The notes under the pieces were generated by a model. The model saw only the letters and a program-made list of their open reading frames with translations. It made no database searches and was not told the DNA's origin. 64,000 nucleotides of DNA from positions 1 through 64,000 of the IMG/VR virus record IMGVR_UViG_3300036790_000425; one strand, 5' to 3'. The number at the start of each line of letters is the position of its first letter. Position 1 is the first letter of the stretch. The translations under genes and the position numbers were made by a program. Source of the DNA: a virus. This document shows, piece after piece, positions 19,324 to 28,223 of this stretch.

Positions 19324-19749
19324 TCATCGCAGGACCTGAACGCCGGCGTCGGTGATCCGGTAACCGTGCTCCGGGCTGCCGACGGCCAGGCCGGCCAGCC
19401 GCAGCTCCGCAGTGACGGCCAGGCTCTCCTCATCCCGGAATGCCAGCAGGTCCTCGCCGGACGCCGCCAGGAAGCCGAGGACGGCGCGCTGGGGGCCGGT
19501 CAGGACCGGAGCGCGGCGGGTCACCTCGTAGTGCGAGCCAGGGCTCAGCGTGATGCCCCAGGCCGCCCTGTAGCAGCGCTGCTGCGTGTCGGCGCAGGCG
19601 ATGGCCCAGGTAGCGCCCCTCGTCACCACGGGGTGGCTGTAGGGCTCGACCCGGGTGATCCGGTGGACGCTGCTCAGGAAGGTCAGGTCGTCGCCGGGGC
19701 GCACCCCGTCCCAGGGCACATCGACAGTGATCACTTCAGGCTGGCTCAT
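19324..19749 (-). CDS. Hypothetical protein with C-terminal wHTH-like segment
   Basis: GAGGAG RBS; LTGPQRAVL...LRLAGLA...YRITDAG. Confidence 0.6.
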   Translation of the reverse strand: MSQPEVITVDVPWDGVRPGDDLTFLSSVHRITRVEPYSHPVVTRGATWAIACADTQQRCYRAAWGITLSPGSHYEVTRRAPVLTGPQRAVLGFLAASGEDLLAFRDEESLAVTAELRLAGLAVGSPEHGYRITDAGVQVLR

Positions 19750-19787
19750 CTGGTCTCCTCTGCCTGGCTGCGGTCGCGGGGTGCCGG

Positions 19788-19958
19788 TCATCGCCGGTCC
19801 TGCCGGATGTCGTGCTCGATGAGTAGCGCGAGCGCCATGAGCCCGGCGGAGAGCACGAACTCGAAGGCGGCGAGCCAGGGGTAGCCGGCGAGCAGGCTCA
19901 GCACGGCCGTGGCGAGGATGAGCATCCCGGCCCAGGCGAGCACGAGGCACGTCTTCAT
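19788..19958 (-). CDS. Small 2-TM protein
   Basis: Hydrophobic; ATGA coupling. Confidence 0.6.
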   Translation of the reverse strand: MKTCLVLAWAGMLILATAVLSLLAGYPWLAAFEFVLSAGLMALALLIEHDIRQDRR

Positions 19959-20158
19959 GCCCGCCGCCACACCCGCAGGACGCGCGGGGCCACGATGCCC
20001 GTGCGCTTCCAGTCGTCGTACTCGGCCCGGGCCATGCCCAGGTAGTCCGGCAGCGGGATGTGCGCGATCGCCCCGGCCTCGCGGTGCCGGGCGTACTCAG
20101 CCTCGCGCCCGGCCATGAACTCCGGGTCAGTCCGGTTAGTCCCGTCGGTGCCTTCCAC
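19955..20158 (-). CDS. Hypothetical protein
   Basis: AGGAG RBS, GTG 20158. Confidence 0.6.
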   Translation of the reverse strand: MEGTDGTNRTDPEFMAGREAEYARHREAGAIAHIPLPDYLGMARAEYDDWKRTGIVAPRVLRVWRRA

Positions 20159-21162
20159 GTCAGCTCTCCTGTCCCCGGCGCTCATCGACATCAGCAGTAG
20201 ATGCTGGCGCGGCGGGCGGTGGCACCGCCGCTGGTGAAGCCGCTGCACAGCAGGCCGGCCGCAGTGGTGAGTCCCTCAGGCTCGCGGTAGGCATCGCCCG
20301 CAGCCACGTGGTCAGCCGCCCGGGCGGCAATCTTGCCGGCGGTGTCATACCAGGTGATGACCGTGTCACCAGGCGGCGGGTTCGCGGCAGTGTAGTGATC
20401 CCCGGTGAGCACCGCCGTCGTCCTGCCGGGCAGCAGTGCCCACCCCTGGTCGGTTCCGCCCGGCGGCGGCAGGCCGGTCCTGGTCACCGGCACGTAGCTC
20501 CTGGCGGTGAAGGCGGCCAGGTCGTAGGTGATCACGTGCACGGCCCCGGCTGCGTCCGCGTACCGGATGCCGATCAGGCCGTCAGCCAGGTCAAGAGACG
20601 GCGTCATGTAGTAGCTGCCGGGCACCGGGCTGAAGACCTGCACCCCGGCGGCGGACGGCGTGATAGTCGCCCCGGACCGCCACCTGAACCGGGCCACCTG
20701 AGTGCCGAACGCATCACCCGGGAACGGGGTATGCGACAGGGTTGCCCTGGCCTCGGCCCAGACCCAGAAGCCGCCGGGGTCCGGCTGGATGGCGATCGAC
20801 TCGCCGTGGCCGAACCCGTGCAGGTACATCCAGCTGACGGTCCTGCCGCCGCTGACGTGGGACAGGGTCAGGTCGCCCCGGGCGGCATGCTGAGCCCGGG
20901 TCAGGCCCCCGCGCCCGGACTGGGTCACCTGCGCGATCACCCACGTCCCGGTGGCGCTGGTACGGGCCATCGACTGCATCCCCGAGGTGGTGTCGTGCAT
21001 CGTGATGCCGGTGACCGCGGCAGTGCCGGGCACCTGGCCGGGGACGGCCGGGGCAGCCGAGGCAGCCTGCCCGGTGGTGATCATGAGAGCAGCGGCTGCC
21101 GCGCCTGCTGCGGCCAGGTAGTGGCACGCGCCGTGATGGCTCATGTCAGCTCTCCTGTCCCC
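20159..21162. repeat. 18-bp direct repeats (GTCAGCTCTCCTGTCCCC at 20159-20176 and 21145-21162) flanking one gene
   Basis: Exact match seen directly. Confidence 0.9.
20191..21144 (-). CDS. Secreted beta-propeller protein (TagC / P68 receptor-binding-propeller-like)
   Basis: Signal peptide; MYLHGFGHG...WVW, QG and EPEG motifs recalled for this family. Confidence 0.65.
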   Translation of the reverse strand: MSHHGACHYLAAAGAAAAALMITTGQAASAAPAVPGQVPGTAAVTGITMHDTTSGMQSMARTSATGTWVIAQVTQSGRGGLTRAQHAARGDLTLSHVSGGRTVSWMYLHGFGHGESIAIQPDPGGFWVWAEARATLSHTPFPGDAFGTQVARFRWRSGATITPSAAGVQVFSPVPGSYYMTPSLDLADGLIGIRYADAAGAVHVITYDLAAFTARSYVPVTRTGLPPPGGTDQGWALLPGRTTAVLTGDHYTAANPPPGDTVITWYDTAGKIAARAADHVAAGDAYREPEGLTTAAGLLCSGFTSGGATARRASIYC

Positions 21163-21547
21163 AGCGGCGGAACAGCTCGCCGGCGGGCTTGCCCCTCAGC
21201 ACGGTGATGCCCTTGATGCGCAGCAGGTCGGGCACGGACGCGGCGGGCACCTCGTAGTAGGCACCGCGCGGCCCGCGCTTGCCCCAGACGCCGTACTCGT
21301 AACCCGGGTCATCCACGGCCCGGCACAGCTTCTCGCGGCTGCGGTGCGAGGTGGTGGAGATCCACACGGTCGGCACGACCTCGGGCTGCCAGTCGCTGAA
21401 CGCGGCCCGGTAGCGGTCACGGACCTCGGTGGCCATCTCATAGGCCTGGCTCTCGCTCCGGCCGCCGTCGCGGAACCGGACGGCCAGCTCGGCGGTCAGC
21501 TGATCAGCTTCAGCGATCCCCGTGACCTTGATGCTGCGGGTCTTCAT
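21146..21547 (-). CDS. Hypothetical protein
   Basis: AGGAGG RBS after the promoter. Confidence 0.7.
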   Translation of the reverse strand: MKTRSIKVTGIAEADQLTAELAVRFRDGGRSESQAYEMATEVRDRYRAAFSDWQPEVVPTVWISTTSHRSREKLCRAVDDPGYEYGVWGKRGPRGAYYEVPAASVPDLLRIKGITVLRGKPAGELFRRWGQES

Positions 21548-21582
21548 GCGGCCTCCTGCCGTTGCTGTCCCCTGCGGGTACC

Positions 21583-21611
21583 ACATTACAGCATTCCTTG
21601 CTAAGCTGCAA
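21583..21611. promoter_or_regulatory. Divergent promoter with 17-bp element at the strand switch
   Basis: Minus: TTGCAG-17-TAATGT; plus: -10 TAAGCT 21602-21607. Confidence 0.8.
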
Positions 21612-21647
21612 TCCACAGTCCGCATCAGCGAGCACGAGGAGAGGCAC

Positions 21648-22184
21648 GTGAGCAACATCTGTAGCTACGCCGTCGATATCAAGGGCGCCGGCAGCATGGA
21701 GGCCATCAGGGCCGAGGCCATCGAGAAGGGAGCCAGGTTCTTCGGGGACACCCCGTTCAGGATCTGGAACATCTGGGCCGGCCCGGACATCGACGCCGAC
21801 CGGGCGCAGCCGGGCCGGGCGCAGTTCTACCGGGCTCACGTCAGCATGAGGACCACCCGGCCTGAGGCCGCCACGCCGGCTGACGATGACAGCACCGGCC
21901 GCTGGCTGGGCTTCACGGGCTACGGGAGCACGCCGCAGGAGGTCGAGGACGACATCATCCGCCAGGCCCGCAAGTTCTTCGGCCCGGATGTCACGCTGAA
22001 GGTCAGCCGGGGCTACGCATTCAGCACGGCCGCCAGCGTGTCAAGGCCGCTGCGCGCCACCACGACCGTGGCGATGGTCGAGCCCGGGTCCGTCATCGTC
22101 GGGCCTGCGGCGGCAGCAGGACGGGATAAGACCTTCATCGTCGGGCCTGCGGCGCCGCCGGCCGCCGGGCGGGAGAAGGCCTGA
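21648..22184 (+). CDS. Hypothetical protein with two similar domains
   Basis: GAGGAGAGG RBS; AIEKGARFFG and IIRQARKFFG repeat. Confidence 0.7.
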   Translation: MSNICSYAVDIKGAGSMEAIRAEAIEKGARFFGDTPFRIWNIWAGPDIDADRAQPGRAQFYRAHVSMRTTRPEAATPADDDSTGRWLGFTGYGSTPQEVEDDIIRQARKFFGPDVTLKVSRGYAFSTAASVSRPLRATTTVAMVEPGSVIVGPAAAAGRDKTFIVGPAAPPAAGREKA

Positions 22185-22187
22185 CGG

Positions 22188-22216
22188 TTGCTCATTAGCA
22201 AGAAAGCCTGTAGTCT
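22188..22216 (+). promoter_or_regulatory. Promoter with 17-bp element (orientation B)
   Basis: TTGCTC-ATTAGCAAGAAAGCCTG-TAGTCT. Confidence 0.85.
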
Positions 22217-22238
22217 GGCGCTCGTGAGAGGAACCGCC

Positions 22239-22472
22239 GTGAAGGCCTACATCCCGGCCCCGCAGTCGCGCGAGGTCATCCTGGCCGCGGTCGCGGCTGC
22301 GGGGCCGGAGGGCGCGACTGCGGGGCACATCCACGATGCGCTCGGCCGGGCCTGGATCACCAGCTGGCCCGACGTCACCGAGGGCATGATCCGCTACCTG
22401 GCCCGGGACGGGCAGCTGCGCGAGCAGCACGAGCTGAGTGAGGGTGAGCCCAGATGGGTGCTGAGCACATGA
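22239..22472 (+). CDS. Winged-helix-like small protein
   Basis: EGATAGHIHDALG...IRYLARDGQL. Confidence 0.6.
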   Translation: MKAYIPAPQSREVILAAVAAAGPEGATAGHIHDALGRAWITSWPDVTEGMIRYLARDGQLREQHELSEGEPRWVLST

Positions 22473-23056
22473 GCGAGCAGGCGCAGGCGAGAGTATCCGC
22501 TGATGAGCTGAGCGAGGCGATCCTGGAGATCATCCGCCTGAACGGCAGCGGAGACCTCGGGATTACCCCGAAACAGATCATGGAGCGCCTGGCTGGCTCC
22601 GCCCGGGACCTGCACCCGACGCGGGAGATCGTGCACCGCCGGCTGCACGACCTGCGCGGCCGTGGGCTGATCCGCCAGCCTGACTTCGGCATGTGGAAGC
22701 CCGTCCCGCAGCCCGTGCTCCGCTGGGACAAGCCCGCTCAGGCCGAGCCCTATGAGACCTGGGCGGAGTACCAGCCCGACGGCGGGCCGCCCGGTGCCTG
22801 GGTACCGAACATGAGCTACGCAGACCAGCACGCCTGGAAAGCGAAACTGTGCGGCCAGAAGTCGGGAGACCTGCGCACGGAGGTCCGAAAGTCCGTCGGC
22901 CCGGTCCAGGTCAAGATCGTGATCTACGAGACCGGCCAGGTGATCACCTCCCAGAACGGCACGGCCGAGTGGACAGCGGCCGAGTGGGAGCAGCTGCCGC
23001 TGGCCGTGGCCGAGGCCCGCGAGGCGATGGGGGCCTGGCGGCGGGAGCACCCGTGA
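22469..23056 (+). CDS. N-terminal winged-helix protein with second domain
   Basis: GITPKQIMERL...VHRRLHDLRGRGLIRQ. Confidence 0.7.
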   Translation: MSEQAQARVSADELSEAILEIIRLNGSGDLGITPKQIMERLAGSARDLHPTREIVHRRLHDLRGRGLIRQPDFGMWKPVPQPVLRWDKPAQAEPYETWAEYQPDGGPPGAWVPNMSYADQHAWKAKLCGQKSGDLRTEVRKSVGPVQVKIVIYETGQVITSQNGTAEWTAAEWEQLPLAVAEAREAMGAWRREHP

Positions 23057-23295
23057 GGTACAGCAGGAAGAACGGCTGGAGCGCGGGCCGGGAGTACGCG
23101 GTGCACGGCTACCGGACGCCCTGGGGCGCCCTGTGGGGCACCTGGCGGCTGCGCTGGATGGTGGCTGTCCGGCACCGGCTGAGCGTGTACTTCGAGCCCG
23201 CGGACCTGTGGGTCGGCATCTACCGGGGCCCGAGGGCCGTGTACGTGTGCCTGCTGCCCTGCCTGGTCATCAGGATCAGGAGGCAGCAGTCATGA
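23053..23295 (+). CDS. Hypothetical protein
   Basis: GTGA coupling; DLWVGIY...VYVCLLPCL. Confidence 0.6.
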   Translation: MRYSRKNGWSAGREYAVHGYRTPWGALWGTWRLRWMVAVRHRLSVYFEPADLWVGIYRGPRAVYVCLLPCLVIRIRRQQS

Positions 23296-23429
23296 GCGAT
23301 CGCATCCCGCCGGGTCAGTGGACAGACGAGGAGTGGCTGCGCCTGCTGCGCGAGCTGCCCCCGGCCACCCCGGCCGAGGAGGCCGAGCGGATCGTGGCCC
23401 GCTGGAGAGCTGAGGAGAAGAAGTCATGA
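23292..23429 (+). CDS. 45-aa hypothetical protein
   Basis: ATGA coupling on both sides. Confidence 0.5.
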   Translation: MSDRIPPGQWTDEEWLRLLRELPPATPAEEAERIVARWRAEEKKS

Positions 23430-23611
23430 TCGACAGCGGTACCAGGGACGTGCTCACCAGGGCAGCTGACGAGGCCGAGAGCCTGGCCATCAACGTCTCA
23501 TCCCAGACCGAGCAGCCCGGCCTGACCCAGAAGGAGGCCGCGAAGCTGCGCACCATCGCGGGCCAGCTCCTGAACGCCGTGAACGGCGCCCGCTACCTGG
23601 CTGACGGCTAA
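23426..23611 (+). CDS. Small helical protein
   Basis: ATGA coupling. Confidence 0.6.
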   Translation: MIDSGTRDVLTRAADEAESLAINVSSQTEQPGLTQKEAAKLRTIAGQLLNAVNGARYLADG

Positions 23612-23660
23612 CCGGGACGTGATCTTGAAACAAGGTGGCCGGACCCCTGGAGGAGGACGA

Positions 23661-23993
23661 GTGAAATCGCTGATCAGAGCGCTGAGCCCTAAACGGGACA
23701 CGAGGGCCGTCGCCGTCGATATGAAGGCCCGCTACCCCCGGTGGAGCCGCCAGTACCGCGCGGTCTACGCCCTGCGCTACGCCGAGAGGCCGCTGGCCGC
23801 CTGGTGGCGCCGGATGACGGCCTGCCCGGACTGCCACGGCACGGGCGTGATCATGTACCGCGAGTGCACCTGCGGCGGCACCTGGATGTCAGGGCACGAG
23901 GCGCACTGCGGCGAGGACCCCTGCCCCTGGCTGTGTGACCTGGTCAGGGACAAGAGCACTGCCGCGCGCATCTGGTCCTGGTGGCTGGCATGA
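23661..23993 (+). CDS. Cys-rich hypothetical protein
   Basis: GGAGGAGG RBS; CPDCHGTG. Confidence 0.6.
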   Translation: MKSLIRALSPKRDTRAVAVDMKARYPRWSRQYRAVYALRYAERPLAAWWRRMTACPDCHGTGVIMYRECTCGGTWMSGHEAHCGEDPCPWLCDLVRDKSTAARIWSWWLA

Positions 23994-24223
23994 GCGAGTG
24001 GGTCACTGCTTATCCCGGGACCAGCGCTGAGCTGCCGCCCTGGGATCACCAGTGCCGCGCCCAGACCAGGGGCGTAAACGACGGGGACCGGGTGTACCGC
24101 TGCCCGTGCGGGGCCATCGCCCTGTACGACACCAGCTACTGGTCGTACGTCAACAGGACCAGGACCGGGCGGGGCGAGCAGCCGCCGCGACGTCGATGGT
24201 GGCGCAGGGCTCCTGCGCGTTAG
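23990..24223 (+). CDS. Hypothetical protein
   Basis: ATGA coupling. Confidence 0.55.
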   Translation: MSEWVTAYPGTSAELPPWDHQCRAQTRGVNDGDRVYRCPCGAIALYDTSYWSYVNRTRTGRGEQPPRRRWWRRAPAR

Positions 24224-24242
24224 ACGTACCCGGCAGACTGAC

Positions 24243-24638
24243 ATGAGGGGAGAAATGGGATATATGGCACAGAACGCAGCAGGGTCGGGGGCAGGATCAG
24301 GATCAGGATCAGGGACAGGGACAGGGACAGGTCCCGGGGCAGGGACAGGGCCGGGGGCAGGGAAGGCCGGCGTCCCCCTGTGCGACCAGGTCAGCGGTCC
24401 GCTGGCAGGATCTGACGTCCCGCTCACCGCAGGCATGCTCATCGGGGCCCTCACCGACCGGGCGGATGACCTGCGCCAGGAGGCTCAGCGAGCCTATGAC
24501 CACGCTCGCGCCGCGCGGTCCCGCCGGGCCCGCCGGAAGCTGGAGGAGGCCGGCCACCGGCACATGAGGCAGTCCCTGGAGCTGACCCTGGTGGCCGAGC
24601 GCGTCCAGCTCCTCGCGCTGGAGTCCAGCGATGGCTGA
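24243..24638 (+). CDS. Hypothetical protein with Gly-Ser/Thr repeat N-terminus
   Basis: (CAGGAT)3(CAGGGA)3-type hexamers near 24290-24360; start uncertain. Confidence 0.55.
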   Translation: MRGEMGYMAQNAAGSGAGSGSGSGTGTGTGPGAGTGPGAGKAGVPLCDQVSGPLAGSDVPLTAGMLIGALTDRADDLRQEAQRAYDHARAARSRRARRKLEEAGHRHMRQSLELTLVAERVQLLALESSDG

Positions 24639-25395
24639 GCGCGAGATGCGCATCCGCGACCTGGTCCCCCGCCAGCGGGTGCGGATGTACGGCACCGTCA
24701 TCGAGGTCACCGCGCCCTGGTACGTGACCGGGGACGAGCACGCGATACCCGGCTGGGGCCGGCTGCCGATGATCTGGGACGGCCTGGCCCTCTCCCCGCC
24801 GGAGATGGGCGACGACGTGGTAGTGCTGGCGGGTGAGCAGGGGGACCATGAGGATCTTCAGCGGGCTGCGCGAGCCGGTGACGCGCCGGGAGCTGATGGC
24901 GGTGGCGGTGATGGCCTACGTCTACGCGGCGGTGGCGACCGCGCTGATCGTGCTGATGATCATCCCGGGGATACGCCGGGAGCACCGCCTGGACCGCCGG
25001 CAGCAGCGGCTGGAGCAGCAGCAGCCCTTCCCCGGCGGATACGTGGTGCCAGCACCCCGGGCATCATCCCGGATGAGGCCTCCCTCGCTCCCGGCATCCC
25101 CGGTGACGTCATCTTCGTGCCGGCCGCTGCCCGCTGCTGCGCGCCCGGGTTCACCTGCACCGCATCCTGCGCGTCAGGACCGTGCTCGCGGCTGTGCCAG
25201 TCATGCAGGCGGCTCGCCTGGTCAGGTACCGGCGTGCCGTGCCCGGCCTGCCCCGACCACGGGTGTCCTCCCCGGGTAACCGGCCGGGCTGACCCGGGCG
25301 CAGCCGGCATCGTCGATAACGACCCGGGGCCGCCGCGCATGCCGGCGGTGCTGGCCAGGGTGGCCGCCGTCCTGCGGCTCGGGCGGAAGCCATGA
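24631..25395 (+). CDS. Hypothetical ORF overlapping 24848..25279 (structure uncertain)
   Basis: Plausible N- and C-termini, shadow-like middle. Confidence 0.4.
   Translation: MAEREMRIRDLVPRQRVRMYGTVIEVTAPWYVTGDEHAIPGWGRLPMIWDGLALSPPEMGDDVVVLAGEQGDHEDLQRAARAGDAPGADGGGGDGLRLRGGGDRADRADDHPGDTPGAPPGPPAAAAGAAAALPRRIRGASTPGIIPDEASLAPGIPGDVIFVPAAARCCAPGFTCTASCASGPCSRLCQSCRRLAWSGTGVPCPACPDHGCPPRVTGRADPGAAGIVDNDPGPPRMPAVLARVAAVLRLGRKP
24848..25279 (+). CDS. Single-TM protein
   Basis: Purine-rich RBS; LMAVAVMAYVYAAVATALIVLMII. Confidence 0.5.
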   Translation: MRIFSGLREPVTRRELMAVAVMAYVYAAVATALIVLMIIPGIRREHRLDRRQQRLEQQQPFPGGYVVPAPRASSRMRPPSLPASPVTSSSCRPLPAAARPGSPAPHPARQDRARGCASHAGGSPGQVPACRARPAPTTGVLPG

Positions 25396-25583
25396 GCGCG
25401 ACCATCCGGAGGCGGCTGACCGCGGCGCTCACCGCCGGGATGGTGCCGGCGTGCATGGTCGCGAGCGTCATCGCCATCCTGTGCGGCGCGGACCTGCCGC
25501 ACGACCTGCTGATCCTGCTCATGATCCTGATCACCCGCTGGTGGGCACTGGACCTGCTGGCCCGCAACCCGAGGAGAGACTGA
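25392..25583 (+). CDS. Small 2-TM protein
   Basis: Hydrophobic; ATGA coupling. Confidence 0.6.
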   Translation: MSATIRRRLTAALTAGMVPACMVASVIAILCGADLPHDLLILLMILITRWWALDLLARNPRRD

Positions 25584-25584
25584 G

Positions 25585-26280
25585 ATGCCTGTCGATGATC
25601 ATGAGCCCGTGCCCGAGGTGAGCGTGCCGCTGGTGCACGGTGACGCCACGGCCGCCGGCGTCGTGCGCGACCTGATGGCCCAGTACGGGCTGAGCGAGAT
25701 CCCCGGCCGCAGCGCCGGAGTCCAGGAGCTGCGCGGCTGCCCGGACGGCGGTGCCTGCCACCATGCCTGCCCGGCCGTCTGCTGGCGGGTGGCCAACTGC
25801 GGCCCGCTGTCGGCCGCTCACTACCCGGATGACGAGTGGCCGGCGGAAGTGCTGCGCGAGCACGCCGGGATCGTCGGCGGCCACGGGAATGACTACCCCT
25901 GGGCCCAGGACCTGGACGGCACCTGGCACGGCCGGCCGCCGGGCGACCCCTGGATGACCATCCACGGCGGCCACGTGCCAGGCACCCTGATCCCCGGGCC
26001 GCCGGTCGCCCGCACCAGCTACGCCGGCCCGCAGTGCCGGACGCTGTGCGGCGAGGGCATCCACTCAGTGCACGTGTCGCAGTTTCACCCGGGCGAGCTG
26101 CTGACCGGCCCGGGCGAGAGCCTGTGCCCCTGCGCCGGCCTGGTGCCGGTCGTGCATGCCTGCCCGCCGGACGGCGGGCACCTCATGCCGTGCTGCGGCC
26201 GGACGCCGTTCGAGGCCCTGGCCGACCGCATCACCATCGACCCGGGCCTGGTCACGTGCCCCGGGAAGGGCTCCTCGTGA
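25585..26280 (+). CDS. Cys/His-rich hypothetical protein
   Basis: GAGGAG RBS; many C/H clusters. Confidence 0.6.
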   Translation: MPVDDHEPVPEVSVPLVHGDATAAGVVRDLMAQYGLSEIPGRSAGVQELRGCPDGGACHHACPAVCWRVANCGPLSAAHYPDDEWPAEVLREHAGIVGGHGNDYPWAQDLDGTWHGRPPGDPWMTIHGGHVPGTLIPGPPVARTSYAGPQCRTLCGEGIHSVHVSQFHPGELLTGPGESLCPCAGLVPVVHACPPDGGHLMPCCGRTPFEALADRITIDPGLVTCPGKGSS

Positions 26281-26540
26281 AGGTCCTGAGCGGGAAGTAC
26301 CGGGGCCGGGAGGCACGGCTGCACCAGTTCGCCAACGACTGGATCACCGCCGACATCGGGGCTGTTCAGTCGGTCGTGCTCAAGCCGCACATGGTCGAGC
26401 TGAACGGCGATGAGTTCGAGCGCATGCACGAGAGCTACCTGCGGTTCTGCCAGGACGGGCGTGCCGGCGGCCAGTTCTGGAAGCACTGGCGGCTGCTGGC
26501 CAGCGGGCGCCTGGCGCCGCGGCAGCAGGGAAGGTCCTGA
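26277..26540 (+). CDS. Small protein with KOW/SH3-like start
   Basis: VKVLSGKYRGREARL. Confidence 0.6.
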   Translation: MKVLSGKYRGREARLHQFANDWITADIGAVQSVVLKPHMVELNGDEFERMHESYLRFCQDGRAGGQFWKHWRLLASGRLAPRQQGRS

Positions 26541-26782
26541 TGGCGCAGGGCGGCCACTACGGGTACGTCGCGGCCGAGGACGGGAGCCTGGGGGCGTTCG
26601 AGCCCGTGCTGATCGTGCGGGCCGGCGACCCGCAGGCGCCGCTGATGGTGCGGATGCACGCCATGCTCGCGCAGTCTGCCGGGGCCGACCCGGTGACCGT
26701 GGAGATGCTGATGGACCGGGCCCGGGAGTTCGAGGACTACCAGGCGCGCTGCGGCATCACGGTGCCGCGCTGGGTCCCCTGA
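26540..26782 (+). CDS. Hypothetical protein
   Basis: TGATG coupling; EPVLIVRAGD. Confidence 0.6.
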   Translation: MAQGGHYGYVAAEDGSLGAFEPVLIVRAGDPQAPLMVRMHAMLAQSAGADPVTVEMLMDRAREFEDYQARCGITVPRWVP

Positions 26783-26853
26783 TGGGGCCCTGGACAAGCA
26801 AGCCGGCGCGCCACGGGGGCGTGCTGTAACTACCATCCCGCTGAGGGGGAGAA

Positions 26854-27216
26854 GTGAAAGCGATCATCACGGTCATCGTGGCGGTCCTGGCCATCAGCTA
26901 CACGGGCTGGATCAACTACGGGACGCACGGGGTCATGACGTTCACCGTGGCCTCGAAGGACGACCAGGCCAGCCAGGGCAACGGCCACCAGTACATGATC
27001 TTCACCACGTCCGGGCAGGCGCTGAAGGACACCGACAGCTTCTGGAACGGCAAGCACGACAGCACCCAGGTCTGGCTGGACCTGGCAGTCGGGAAGACCT
27101 ACCGCTGCCCGGTGACCGGCGTGCGGCGCTACTGGCCGACCGCCTACAAGGACATCCTGGACGGCTGCAAGCGCGTCCGCCCCGCCCGGCATGCCCTGAC
27201 GGTTCACCACGGATGA
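26854..27216 (+). CDS. Membrane-anchored phage protein (DUF1523-like)
   Basis: N-terminal TM; YMIFT...DTDSFWNGKHDS...GKTY...GVR. Confidence 0.65.
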   Translation: MKAIITVIVAVLAISYTGWINYGTHGVMTFTVASKDDQASQGNGHQYMIFTTSGQALKDTDSFWNGKHDSTQVWLDLAVGKTYRCPVTGVRRYWPTAYKDILDGCKRVRPARHALTVHHG

Positions 27217-27539
27217 GCGAGCGGCAGCACGATCCCCAGGCGCCGCCCCGGCGGCCCTCTGCCGGCCGCAGGGGGTTCCTGGAGGCACGCCTGGCGCCGT
27301 CGGCCAGGGTGTGGCTGCGGGACGCGCACAGGGCCGCTCAGGCTCGCGGGCTGCGGGCCACCGGGCTGAGCATCGGCGCGCTGCTGCTGGGCCTGATGGG
27401 CGCCGCCACCTGGGCCGGCTCGTGGGCCTGGGACGAGCCGCAGGCGGCCTGGCTGGGCGCGTTCTACATGACCATCGCGCTGGCGCTGTGGGGACTGCAC
27501 CTGCGCCGCCCGGGGACAAGGAGGCGGCGCCGTGGGTGA
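27213..27539 (+). CDS. 2-TM membrane protein
   Basis: Hydrophobic segments. Confidence 0.6.
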   Translation: MSERQHDPQAPPRRPSAGRRGFLEARLAPSARVWLRDAHRAAQARGLRATGLSIGALLLGLMGAATWAGSWAWDEPQAAWLGAFYMTIALALWGLHLRRPGTRRRRRG

Positions 27540-27774
27540 CAGCTGGGCGGTCAGCAGGATGAGCTACCGGATGGGCTACAAGCTGATCACGGGCGAGGAG
27601 ATCATCTTCGCGAAGATCATGACCGGCACCCGGGTCGAGGCCCACAAGGGAGCCCTCCTGGCAGCCGGGGGGCAGGGCTTGCCGGTGCCGACCCACCGGC
27701 TGGTGGACACCGAGGACGGGGTCGTGATGATCGAGCGCGACAAGATCCTCTACCAGTTCATGAGGCTGACGTGA
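27532..27774 (+). CDS. Hypothetical protein
   Basis: Coupled operon. Confidence 0.6.
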   Translation: MGDSWAVSRMSYRMGYKLITGEEIIFAKIMTGTRVEAHKGALLAAGGQGLPVPTHRLVDTEDGVVMIERDKILYQFMRLT

Positions 27775-28211
27775 ACCAGGCCGCGGCCGAGGCACTCACC
27801 CGGCAGCTGCTGGGCATCCACCTTCCGGCCGGGCTGGAGCCGCTGGAGTGCCCGGCCTGCGGCGGCTGGTGGCACGCCTGCCGCAACCGCGCCGGCGCGG
27901 ACCCGCGCCACGACCGGCTGGCACGCACGATGGCACGGCGCCTGGCACGCGCCGGCGCGCTGTTCCCGCGTGCCGCCGTGCTCGGGCCGGTGCTGGGCAT
28001 CCAGCCCATGTCCGCAGGCGAGGGCGCGCAGCTGGACCGCCTGGCACGGGGCGAGCCGGCCGCGAGCCACCCGTCGGCGTGCGCCAGCCAGCCAGGGTGC
28101 TGGCACGCTAAGGTGCGCCACCGGCACGCCGGCGCGGCCAGCCCCTGCGAGATGCCCGGATGCCCCTGCCTGGACTACGTGAGCCAGGCCGTGCCAGTGA
28201 GGAGCCACTGA
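27771..28211 (+). CDS. Cys-rich hypothetical protein
   Basis: GTGA coupling. Confidence 0.55.
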   Translation: MNQAAAEALTRQLLGIHLPAGLEPLECPACGGWWHACRNRAGADPRHDRLARTMARRLARAGALFPRAAVLGPVLGIQPMSAGEGAQLDRLARGEPAASHPSACASQPGCWHAKVRHRHAGAASPCEMPGCPCLDYVSQAVPVRSH

Positions 28212-28223
28212 TGGCGCGAGCAG

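Noticed and set aside
22093-22154. 20-bp duplication TCATCGTCGGGCCTGCGGCG
   Set aside because: Two copies in a low-complexity protein tail; most likely local slippage
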